Below, piece by piece: positions 49,201-59,900 of a stretch of DNA of 64,000 nt (the stretch's first letter is position 1; the number at the start of each line of letters is the position of its first letter). The DNA is taken from NCBI GenBank assembly GCA_000165345.1, contig CM000431.1:1-64000 (forward strand). Reading direction: 5' to 3'. Position numbers and translations under genes: made by a program. The notes beneath the pieces are model-generated. The model had not been told where the DNA came from, searched no databases, and saw only the letters and a list, made by a program, of their open reading frames with translations.

Positions 49201-52061
49201 ATAAATAAATGAGCCCATAAGTTTGGATGAGATGGGAACTCCCATTGTAATGAGTCTACCTTAACAATATTAGAGTTTTCTAAACATTTACTTATATATG
49301 TTTCAAGTATCAATTGTTCCTCCAAAGCTGTGTTTTCCTTGTAATCTTTGTTTGAGCCATTTTCCTGAGAAAAGTTTGATTGATTATTTGAGTCTAAGAT
49401 GTTTAGAAACAGTCTAATGCCAATCTCTGCTTGTAATAGGTAAGAATCATTATAGTTTATATAGCTTAAAGAAATGGGGTTAACTTTTTTTGCAAATAGT
49501 TTAATAAGAAGCTTTTGAGAAATATTACTCAATTTTGCCCATTGAAGAGGAATAGGAAGCAGAATGGTGGGGAAATCAAGCCAAATTCGAACAAACCTAT
49601 AACAAAAGGATATATCAGATATTTTGGATGTCTCATAGTCAACAAAAGTCGATGTCTCACAATTTAACTCTTTTAATATCCACTTTAGAAAGTTTTTGTT
49701 TTCAAAAATGATTCCCCAAGGTAGTGAAATTGCAGATTTAAGTTGTCCAGAAGAGATGTAATCCATTGCTGCCATACCAACGACTTCACAAAGCATTCTA
49801 TAAGCTTTAGAAGGAGATTTTAATGAACAGTAAAGTTCCTTTAAAGTATAATAATGTTCTGCATTATCATTCAAATTGTTACTCATATTTTGCAATAATT
49901 GGATGTCCAAAAGTTCCTCAAATGTTTTATTTCCATCAAGTTTGGAAGAACTTTCATTCCATATTTCTGAAGAAAGTAATATGCAAACCAAAGATAAATG
50001 TCTAGATGCTAGGTGAAATAAAGAGAAACTAGGAGAAGATAAGGACTGCGAATACTCAAAGTTGGAGTTTTTACTTTTGAGACAAACTTTTGTGTCCATT
50101 CCTGTGTCAGAATTTTGTTCCAATCCAGAATCATTGTTGATATTGTTGCTCTTTTCTTCAATAGGAACTTTATCATACAATGAGAATTGAGAACATTTAT
50201 TAGTGATTGTGGAAACGGAATGGTTGGTTTTGTTGCTATTATTCTCTAATTCTTCTTCAAGTCTACTAAACTCATCAAAGTCGCAAATACAATTAAGTAG
50301 TATAGAAGAAATACATTGAGTAGCCCACTTAATTAGAGCAGTTTGAATTTCCATAGATGATACATTTGAATCTGGAGGAAGTTTTGGAGCAGAAGGCTTA
50401 TGTTTCCATACGTCAACAGATTCTGAAGCACCCAAAAAATGGATTAATCTTGGTAAAATTGACGAAATAATAATAATCTTTAATGAAGAAATTGCAGAGC
50501 CTGGAGAATGACCCGAAGTATATGCAGGGTTTGAAGGAACTCCTGGAAACGAAATGGCAGCTATACTCATAATAAATCTGAAAATCCAAAGATGACAAAG
50601 AATTTTATATTTCAATTGATCAGTTACTGGAAGAATTTCTTTAGAGAACTTTCTGGAAAACATTTGTATCCTGTTACATACTTTTCGGAAATCTTTAACA
50701 GAAAGCAAAATGAATATCTGCCTTAAAAATATGATTTGAACAATATCAAAATATGTTGCTCTTTTGTTCAAGATCAATTTACTAAAATCAAGTGGTAATA
50801 TTAATTTATCTCTATGAATCAGAGTATTATTTTCAGTCAAATGAGTTTTGCAGTCTCCAAAACAGCAATCAGATGCTAAAAGAAGTGGGTCTTTAGGAGC
50901 CACAATTTCAGCAAATCCTACGCTTTGGTTCTGAAGTTCCTTTATAAAGGGATTAATTGGCTTTCTGCAATCATCCAAAAGTTGTTCATATATCAGCAAC
51001 GCCTCATTTATTAATCCCAATCTAAACAACATCAAACCTAATAGGTCTGATTTATTGATAATATCTAAAATCCATTGATACCACATATCTGATACTTGTA
51101 ATTTTCTACATTGCGTACCACTAACTTGGCTGCTGATAGGAGAATTCACACCAGAAGTCAAAAACTCTGGAGTTTCCAAGATTTCAGGTGTCAGTGAGCT
51201 ATCAGTTAACTTCAAGGAGTGAGACAACTTTGGGCCTTCATTCCTTGAATCTAATATGTATTCTATAACTGATTTAATTCTTGCGTTAACTGCATTTGCC
51301 GCCTCTTCTAATAGTCTTGTGTGGATTTGACGCGCGCATACATGCAAATTGGAGTCGGGCATATCTAATTGATTTGATGCTGAGAACCAGAGACATTTGT
51401 CTTTTGCATTATTTCCAAATAGTCTTTGTAGTTCAGTTTTAAATTTCTCAAAATTTTTTTTGGATAATCTTTCAGTTTCGGGATGTTTGCTTGCAGAAAA
51501 ACCAACAAAAAGCAATTCAATTTCTTGGTAGGTATTAGATACTTCATAAAGCTTGAGGATATGTGAGAATGAGTTAGGAGATGATGAAATAGATGGGGCT
51601 CCATCAAAGTTACATAGGATAATATTCACCAAAGGGGTTTCGAATGTTTTTTCTTGATTAAGGAAGGAGCTAGAGTTCACTTCTTCAAGTTCACTGATTG
51701 TGGAGGCTAAATCATTGTTAGTTTTTACAACTTCTACATTTAATTGGCTTATTACAACAGATGCACTCCCATATTTCAGGTAAAATTCACTTGGTATATT
51801 CGGAAACAGCCCTTTAATTGATGAAGTAATATAATCAACAATTTTTTCGGCTCTCTCTTCACCTGAGTCATATTGATCTTCAGCATCAGCATCTCTTTCT
51901 AAGCTTTGTTTTGTGGAAACTGCATAAAGTTGAAACCATCCATTATTAGACATTATTTGACCTGAATTTGAATGATGTGTTTGTCTTGGCGTTTCAACTA
52001 TTCCATCGCAGAATACGCTTGAAATCACTATTTTAAAGTTTGGAATATTAAAAGTTGCCAT
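46248..52061 (-). CDS. Giant (1937 aa) conserved-looking protein; possibly a TRAPPC10/Trs130-like TRAPP-II subunit (weak)
   Basis: ATG at 52061, single uninterrupted ORF. Segment MWYQWILDIINKSDLLGLMLFRLGLINEALLIYEQLLDDC resembles the ...FEMLQQFEDALVQYDELDALF region of TRAPPC10 as I recall it. Similarity is loose. Confidence 0.55.
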   Translation of the reverse strand: MATFNIPNFKIVISSVFCDGIVETPRQTHHSNSGQIMSNNGWFQLYAVSTKQSLERDADAEDQYDSGEERAEKIVDYITSSIKGLFPNIPSEFYLKYGSASVVISQLNVEVVKTNNDLASTISELEEVNSSSFLNQEKTFETPLVNIILCNFDGAPSISSSPNSFSHILKLYEVSNTYQEIELLFVGFSASKHPETERLSKKNFEKFKTELQRLFGNNAKDKCLWFSASNQLDMPDSNLHVCARQIHTRLLEEAANAVNARIKSVIEYILDSRNEGPKLSHSLKLTDSSLTPEILETPEFLTSGVNSPISSQVSGTQCRKLQVSDMWYQWILDIINKSDLLGLMLFRLGLINEALLIYEQLLDDCRKPINPFIKELQNQSVGFAEIVAPKDPLLLASDCCFGDCKTHLTENNTLIHRDKLILPLDFSKLILNKRATYFDIVQIIFLRQIFILLSVKDFRKVCNRIQMFSRKFSKEILPVTDQLKYKILCHLWIFRFIMSIAAISFPGVPSNPAYTSGHSPGSAISSLKIIIISSILPRLIHFLGASESVDVWKHKPSAPKLPPDSNVSSMEIQTALIKWATQCISSILLNCICDFDEFSRLEEELENNSNKTNHSVSTITNKCSQFSLYDKVPIEEKSNNINNDSGLEQNSDTGMDTKVCLKSKNSNFEYSQSLSSPSFSLFHLASRHLSLVCILLSSEIWNESSSKLDGNKTFEELLDIQLLQNMSNNLNDNAEHYYTLKELYCSLKSPSKAYRMLCEVVGMAAMDYISSGQLKSAISLPWGIIFENKNFLKWILKELNCETSTFVDYETSKISDISFCYRFVRIWLDFPTILLPIPLQWAKLSNISQKLLIKLFAKKVNPISLSYINYNDSYLLQAEIGIRLFLNILDSNNQSNFSQENGSNKDYKENTALEEQLILETYISKCLENSNIVKVDSLQWEFPSHPNLWAHLFIPEYGSEKTKEIPKLKMRAFINFGNQTTDKNEALESYDLQTKSFKGVTLKIVERQILMALLGGGKLIRLPTKALPCCGLLDPLKPVQGYFYVFHEILRPSGRLFLKSPNVLSPLQSPLGSSGQQIKPSEDIGSRIGQMEKQEIGKNMESQRIEQQEAGNNLSTQKMKSSNRSGSNSNYNSWFQKKSSKHERSFSFSNSELEHVREGRSNISNPMGSNKRKDGSPRQWMWEIVTGFKWGSSSYGSSSKSKSKASSFNGSLYSEKTNGISEMNNLDDRERVPTSTSVHGSSLKNSERLKIPSSPLDNAIKVEENLSPSKVITVNTPGPSNWVITEASKSNSKKSASASPKLALSPKNEDSTQCLVTPPNSWIHKFAVPGIPSRCILLIYIGLSSPVYFGSVWLRVNGTRWILLENTITESSKGKVILEPGLNKIELDIFCEEGESSFFIDSIGLSDRTSFSIPINFLWVIPLGTLPSPHILPKVISEFQIFETNLGILSGKKPINSGIITKTSKDELECNRDNAWNPLKKWTTLYSFGIKNLSEMISMEIQFRDIIQKSNLPESASRNLLSTNTGEKKLYRISVEIERDWFQIYNVDMEVTLSFQESETESIQVFTDEVELVQLDGMESSSILKPEINQKLIKLPSFSSECIIQTPIMFDMSPMKTSTEVNFSLNLIASIKGQDKEVCTRHNFVFQVGPQVDLKNIQPVPNLDHYSLPFYYFELLFEATCKRVLVEKIITMLPKDLESSDLFGIMAPVELKPRTIENFQDLGDLYSIREYTLSHPLIIESNSRPLKLIWIVPKTELQKVLTPQILISTISLPKEERTKLSISGPFQIPMETLYNFISLRKSTHSTDNLLETSLDGLSLDHVEHPSYSKVDSEFPLIIYLNYTFQKEETFSYCLNYFGDEDSEDKGCWWFIGARNGYIEAKPGSKIKLEFRVVPLTNGLLKLPSINFGCSNSRPYSYPYFTLSDNSRRFYLGKQVVI

Positions 52062-52678
52062 CTTTAAAGACTTAAAAAGACTTTCTTTAAATATTTTTAG
52101 ATCCTCAAAGTTGGAATAAATTTTGACCTTGATTCATTCAATTATAAATTTTTATTTATGGAGTATCTGCTCTTCACAATGTTCTAGCATAATACTGAAT
52201 ATTCAAAGCTTTTCAAATCCTAAATATGAAGTAAAAATTTTCCCATTGTAATTCAAAATTCAGAATTCTTTCTTTTATTGTTGGAATACCTTTAACATTG
52301 CTCTGCCTCAACCCCTCACTTCTTGCTACTTTCTTGACCCCTCCTTAGTCCTTTTTAGGTACAATATTACCAAAAATTTGAAAGGTGATTTCCCGCCTAT
52401 TCGACTTTATGATGAATTTTCGAAACAATGCATGAACGAGAAGAAAAATAAATAAATTGGGAAATAATAGTTAAATGCTTAGAATATCAATAGAGAGCTG
52501 TTGAGAGCTTTATTAATGGGCAAAATTTAACTAACCTAGAGGACTTCTAATATTAATATTTATTTCGAAATCTTTTAAGGATTCACAAACAAATAAATAA
52601 TTCATGAATTGCAATGCAGTAATAAAACATTTTTCTCAATTCTTTCCATATTTTTAAAATAATATTAAGGATAAATAC

Positions 52679-53176
52679 TTAACAGCATCCTGGAGAGTAC
52701 TTTGATGGCCTTGAAGTATTTGTGGGGGAGACTCCTACTGTTGTGTACCCTAAATTCTGACTTGGAACAAATCCATAGCTTGCGTATGCAGCACTCATCT
52801 GAGGGCTTGAAGTCATAACTGTGGGTGACAGTACTGTTGCAGGAACCGCAACATAAGGAGTTGCAGATGAATAAATAGAAGTATCTAAAATGTACTGAGC
52901 TGGAGGAACTGCATAATAGTTGCTAGGTGAAACTGAAGTTGATGGAGGTTGCAAAACTACTGGAATTGATCCTACTGATCCATTGTAGGGGCTAGAAACT
53001 CCTGAACTAACCTGCTCATATCCAGATATAGAACTTTGTTGTAATTGTGGCTTAGGGTACATTGTTTTCTTTGAGGTGGTTGTTTGTGTGTTTGGTGAGG
53101 TTTGAGTTTGTGTACCTGTACCTTGGTTATAGGTCTGCGCTCCTTGTGTTACTGTTGAAGTTGATAAGTTTGACAT
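52679..53176 (-). CDS. Low-complexity Q/T/S/P/Y-rich hypothetical protein ending in -GCC
   Basis: ATG at 53176. 165 aa with strongly biased composition, encoded by a GC-richer frame that is unlikely to stay open by chance in ~70% AT DNA. No signal peptide. Could also be part of a larger gene. Confidence 0.35.
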   Translation of the reverse strand: MSNLSTSTVTQGAQTYNQGTGTQTQTSPNTQTTTSKKTMYPKPQLQQSSISGYEQVSSGVSSPYNGSVGSIPVVLQPPSTSVSPSNYYAVPPAQYILDTSIYSSATPYVAVPATVLSPTVMTSSPQMSAAYASYGFVPSQNLGYTTVGVSPTNTSRPSKYSPGCC

Positions 53177-53757
53177 TTTTTAGCTTAGCTTGTATTTTCT
53201 ACGATATTTCTAGTTATAATAATATTCAAACTATTTATTATAGCTATTTGTATCCTCATTTGCAACTGAATTTGCAAAACTGCTATTTAATGAAGTATCC
53301 TTTTATGGCGCTAACAAATTAGATCGCTCTGCTTGCATAAAACTTTACTCTTTTTCGAGGTTAGTTAAATTAGAATAAGAAATTGACTGACTTTATTAAT
53401 TAAACATAGTTGAATATTTAATCAATCATTAAAATTTGCTTATTAAATTTTTGGCTTGCTATCTTTTGAATTAAATATTTATTTAGGAAATACTGAATAT
53501 AGTTTCGGATAAAAGTCTCAGATTGTGACTCTCTTGTTAAAATATTCTTTAGCTTATTATTTATAAATAAAATGATTTTAATTATTGTTTAGAGTTTGAA
53601 AACAACTTCTCAATTTGAATAGATTATATTAGAAGTCTATTTCTAACTCTAAAAACCGTCAACATCTGGTAATAGGTTGAATTTTCTACCCTCTTGCAAT
53701 CTTTTCTATATCTTTACCTTGAATTAAAGCAACAATTCTGTGATAAAGGCAAATCGA

Positions 53758-53802
53758 CACGTGCTAGGCGGGAACATGCATGCAGAAAAAGTGGCGCATG
53801 CA
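53758..53802. promoter_or_regulatory. Composite promoter element CACGTG - GGCGGGAA - CATGCATGCA - GTGGCGCATGCA ~135-175 bp upstream of the 2757-aa gene
   Basis: Direct reading of 53758-53802. E-box/G-box, E2F-like and apicomplexan AP2-type (TGCATGCA) motifs are packed into 45 bp of otherwise AT-rich DNA. Confidence 0.4.
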
Positions 53803-53933
53803 AAAGGAAAAAATTGCTAATCCACTTGTGCAATAATGTCGGTATGCAAAACAATTAAAAATTAAGTACCAATATAGAATTAAATGATAATATAGGCATT
53901 AAATAGTAATAATTAAGGAGGAATATCTTCATA

Positions 53934-56900
53934 ATGGCTTTAGAAAGGGATATTTTTGAAGATCTGGGGAGCAGTTCTGCCTCAATGTTGGTGGTGTCTG
54001 TGGGGAGTTTGAAGTTATATTCCAAAATACTAAAGCTCTTACCAGGCACATTCAAAATTGCATTGTGTGTGGGCTTAAGGCATGAACCAATTAAAGATGT
54101 CTCCTGCGTAACAAAAAGAAGAGTTTTTGCAACTTTGAGCAGATACCATAATGGGAGTGATGCTGAAGCGGACCAGATTGAGCATCGAATTCAGCATAAC
54201 TTTGGAATTCCAATTCCATTTTGTCTAGATAACAAGGCGACAACCGTTCGTCTTGCTATTTTCTTGGTAATGAATGACAGATCACTTGTTCCAGTCTGTA
54301 GGTCAATGATAAGACTAAGTAGCACAAGAGATCCAACTACTGCAATGAAGTGGTTTCCACTAGTTAAGTATAATGGATTTACAGGGGTGGGTAGTGTTGA
54401 TAACACGGATGAGTTTGAAGTAATTGGGGAACCAGGGAAAGAGAAATTAGTAAAGAGACATTTGGTTGTAGGATCAATTCAAATACTAACTAGAAGAGTT
54501 TTACAAGAAAGAATTGGAAGACCAGATCTTCATGATGCTTTATGCTTTTCAACATTGTGTGACGAAAAAAAATCTAGGAAATCTTTGGCAGAACAATACG
54601 ATGACTCTTCTTCTGAATACAACTTTTCAGAAAAAGATTTATCTTGTAACGAGCTTGATGAGGAAAAAGATAATTTATTTAACGGTAAATATACATCTAA
54701 AATAAAAGGTTGTTATTTAGAGTCTTCGATTGAGTCATTGGAAGATAAAATCCCTTTCCCTTTTATACAATTTAAAGATATTTTATCAAAATATCCAACA
54801 TTGCAAAATATTTTCCATTTAATGCCATTATATAATCAAAAGATTAATAAGAGAATACTTATGTTGCAAAAAAGAAATAAAAATGCTAAAGTTGTTTTAA
54901 TTGGAGATGATTTTAGTTCAAATTATAGGAGTGGGATATCTATGCCTATAAAAGTCCCATCTTCAATTGAGAATATTATGAGCAGTTCTTTGGACTGGAA
55001 CACTTGGTTTTGCAAATCCGTTGATATTGCAATCATGCAAAGTGTTGAAGCTTATAGTAAATCAACTATATTTCCATCTACAAGTAAGTACAAGGCAGGA
55101 AAATGCGATATGAACAAGAAATCAAGCTACAATTTTGTTGGAAACAAGATTTCGACTTACCACTTTGAATATTTCATGAAAAGTTTGGAGTCTAATATGG
55201 ATGTTCTTTTAGTTAATACCATTTTTGGTGCAGCAGCAACTGAGTTCTCAAGGGACATTATTGATGATGTAATTTTCAGAGGTAAGAATCAGGTAAGAAA
55301 GTTTACGCCTTATAAGAACTTGTTTGTAATTTGGGATTATATGATTAAAAGGAGCTATCAAGAGCTAGGAATGGATTATGACATTAAGCTGAATAACGAA
55401 GAAAAGATGGATGATTCAACTTTGGAAAACAAAGTTGGCGAAGAAGTTGTTGAAGTACTTAATATAAGTGATATTTCAGACACTGAAACCCATAACATTA
55501 AGATCCAGGAAACAAACTTTTGTAAACTTGAGAATGACTTTGAAGAATTTTCAGAAATTGTTGCTTTTGATGAAAATATACCTAAAGTTGCCGAAGATTC
55601 CTCTTCAGAAATTAGTCAAGACCAAGCAAATGAAACTATTCCTTTATATAACTCTTTAAAAAGGAAAGTCGTAGATTCAATTGAAAGGAGCCAAATAATT
55701 CCATTATCTGAGGATCATCCCTTCTCAAGTTTAAGGTTATTTGAAAATGATCGTGTATTCATACATCATAAAACAATCGGTAGAGGTTTACTCGGAATCT
55801 TAGTTCTTGGAGATAGTCAAACTTCGGCTGAGGATGCATCAAAGATATATACAAGGGAAATTTCTGCACATATGGCAATTAACGAAGCCATCTTAAGGAC
55901 TAAAGTAAAAAAAGCTATTAGGATCTACAATTCTATCTCTAAAGGAAAGATCCCCCCAAGAAAATTTATACCAAATTCAAAAGCTGTTATTGGGTACGAT
56001 GGCTATATTGATCCTAAATTAAATAAAAAATTAAGTGATTTTGAAATCGCCATGATTCTTCTTAAGGGTATTGATAAGTTCGTTAAGTGTAGCTCAGAAA
56101 TCCTCCATCCTTCAGTAAACTTGACTACAGTAAGTCCATCACTAATAACATGTGTAGATTATTCAGGATTTAGGATTGTAGTGAGACCACTGCCACCAAT
56201 ACCATTCACGATTTGCGATTGGCCATTACCAATACAAAGCAATGAGAGGGGCGAAATTTCCAATATTGAAAAATGCCTGAATATTAGCAATATTCTTCAT
56301 CCAACAAAGCTAATTTCAGAGATAAGGCATTTACCAATCTTGCTTGAGACTTCCATTGGAATTTTCAAGTATTACAACTTTCATCATACATATAATATCT
56401 TCCCAAGGGATCCTTGGGTTTCGGATGTTAAAGGAGAAAGAGTTAATTGGGGGAATTCTTCAACGGATGAATATTATCATAATTACGATACATTTTCGAA
56501 AAATAAACTCTTAAGCAGAAATAAATGCTGCACCATAAGGCCTCTTTTCATTAAACAAGCAGGAGCAGTTCAAGATATGCTCAAATATCAAGATACTGAT
56601 GAAAAGTTGAGGAGATTCCACTACACCCCTGATGATTTACACGAACTTTTCAGGAAAGAAATAGAGCCTTCTGGTTTTTGCTTAGTTTGTGCTTCGGATG
56701 TACAACAAAGGAGCTATGGATTTTTTAATATTAATAAAGAAGCTATGTTGTTTAAGCCAGTACCAATGAATTTAATTAGCAAGTTTACAGAAACGACAAC
56801 TAATTATTTAATCAAAATTAATGATGGTACTCATTGTAGCTTATGCGGAAAGTCTATGAGAGTAGAGACTCAAGCAAATTCTAATAATCAAATGGAATTG

Positions 56901-59900
56901 ATATCGTATATTGGAGACAAAATTCCATATCCAACACTCGGCCATTACGACGATGGAGCTGCGATAAAGATGAACAGAGTTAAGTTAATGACTTCTTATA
57001 TGCAATCATCTAGTGACTATTTCTCAGAATGGAGCTTCACTGAAGGCGATGTTTTTAGAAGAGATCAGATTTTCTGGGAAAGGAGGCCAGGATTATACTG
57101 CCTTCCAAGATCATGTATTAAAGGGGGGGGAAATTTGCTAGGAACAGGGCTGGATACAATTAAATATTTGCTATCTCAAGCAAAATTACTTTTGAATGCA
57201 TTTGATGACAATACAAGATTCTCTTCAGCTTCTGACTTTAATAGAGAAGAAAAACTCAAGATTGTGAAAGGTGTTGATGTTTTTGACGAACCAAAGAGAC
57301 AAAGCACAGTAAAGATATTCTTTGATGAGTCTAATATTGGCCAGGAGATTATACTTCTCTCAAATTCTCTGCATACAAATTGGATTGAAATAGTTTTGAA
57401 CCAGCTGGAAAGTATTCCAGCATTTGCACCTTATGATTCTGTGACTTTGGAGAATTTTCTTCATTCAAGAGGAGTGAATTGTAATATGCTAGGCCGGATG
57501 TTAAACTTCACAAGATCACCTTGGTTGAAACAACTATTTTCTATTGAAATAGTTTCTAGAACAATTAAGAATCTAATTCCCAGGCTGATTAAAACGTTAT
57601 TTTTACCAGGAGCAATCAGTTATATGAAGAAAGAAAGTGGAAATTTAGGGAGATATTGCCCTTGCCATAGCTCAAGTCCAAGTGTGTCTATGTTACACAC
57701 AATTTTCAAGATATATATAACTTCAACAAAGAGGAGGATAGGGAGTGAATGTATTATGATTAATAGCAGTGCTAAGGATTCAAGATCCAAGTTATTTTCA
57801 TCACAGTTCCTAAACACAGATGTAGTTGCAGATCAGGAAAAGGTGATTCATAGAGAAATGAAAAACGAAGAGAAAGATACTGCAAATAACAGTAAATCAC
57901 TAATGATTCAATCTCCAATCTATTGGAATGAGATTTTTAAAGCCCTAAATGAAAATAATTGGGATATTTTAAATGTTCATAATATAAAGATTAGTGAAAT
58001 ATCCAAACTTCTTGTTGATTGGGCTTCACAATTCTTTAATGTTGATGATAATATTTTAAGTTATACAAACAGAGAAACATTAAACTCTAGAAAAAAGGAA
58101 AATGATAAATTGGAATCAGAAAAATCAGATTTACGTCGGTTTTCTAGAGAGTTAATTCAAATGAATAAGATGAGCCTTCCATATTGGGTTTTGGAGTGTC
58201 TGTTTAGCTTAAACCAAAAAAGTTTAATTATGCTCAGAAGACATAGATTTCACCAAATTACAATTTTACAAGTAATGTTGACAAATTTATTCAACTTAAT
58301 TTTAGGAGACTCACCAAATTCACAGCTATTTTGGTCAACATGTATCTCAAAGTTATGCTCTTGGGAATTTTCTATTGCTGAAACTAGCATTTCCAAGAGC
58401 AAAATACCAATAGGAGCTTTATTCTATGCTTTAAAACATCATACAGGAGTCAAATTTTTCTTGGATATTAAAAAGTTAAAGGAAAATCTCCAGGATGATT
58501 CAACTTTTCCTATCAATTACGATGATTTTGATTCAGTTTTGCCTAAAGCAAAGAGAAAGAGTGAACAATACTTTTCTGAGAGTCTTCCAATTTGGGGAAT
58601 TTTAGAGACTCCAGAGATTATTAAATTGCCAAGATATAACAGCTTTTCTGTTATTTCCACCCCAACTATTTCACAAAAGTTAATAGCATTAAGTATAAAA
58701 CTTTCAGCAAGCTATTTTACAAATATTCAGTTCTTTTTGGATTATATGACCCATTCAGAGCAATTTCAAGGTGCTGAAAGACATCTTGTTAGACAGGATT
58801 GGATTGTACAAGAATCCTGGTTAGAACTTCTGGGATATTTCTCATATCTTGAATATGACAAAAAATGTATTCAAATTCTTAATAATGTAATCAACCTCTT
58901 TCCTCAGGATCATATTGCTTCAGTACAAATGAGAATTCTACAAATGTGGTCATATTCAAGATTAAGGAACATTGAAATATTCAAGAATACTGATTTTAAT
59001 GCATTAAATAACAATTTTGATCAGATCAGTATATCAGAAAAGTCTATACCACATGAAATCAGTGTTTCAACTCTAATTTTTGAAATCATTGATTTACATT
59101 GGTCAGTTATTCATCCTATAATTATTGATGTATATACTTCAACAGCCTTGATACATTTCTTAAGAGGAAACTGGAAATCTTGTGAAGAAATTTTGGAAAA
59201 AGCTATTACTAAGTCATTAGTAATTAGCAGTTGTTTTGACAGTAATAGTGATGTTTTTAGGCATTATAGCAAATTATTGTCTAGCAGAAAAAACTCCAAT
59301 TGGGAATTTGAAAATAATACGTTGGATTCAAATAGCTCCTTAAAGAACCGAATTTTGTTAAGTAATATCAAGTATGCAATAAACTCTAAGGATACTGATA
59401 AATCAATTATTCAAGGTATTTTTGGCCTTCATGGAAAGGATGAAAATGAATTAGAATATGAGTTATACCAAAGATTCCTTAATTCTAATCTACAGTATAT
59501 TCCTAGACTACTAAATACTATTGAAAATCCAAATCCAAACAGAATTCCAAAAACTCCCCCTAAATTGAGGATTGGATGGTTACTTAAACAGCTTGGACGA
59601 GTTAGACTGATACATGCATTACATTTGTACTATTTTAACAAAAACAATAAAGAATTTAGATTTTTAAAAGAAACTGATATTCAATCAACTGATAGTACTG
59701 AAGAATCTATCAATGAAAGTATTGGGAAAAATGAAATCAATACACTTGCTTTATTGGATGATTCGATTGAATCCATCTTGGAACTTTCTTGCTTTACAAC
59801 ACAGTGGGCATTGGATATATTTGATTATTACTTGGGAGCAACAACTCTTGAAACTGCAAGCTGTTGTTATGATTTGGCTTATGGACTCATCCTTCTTGAT

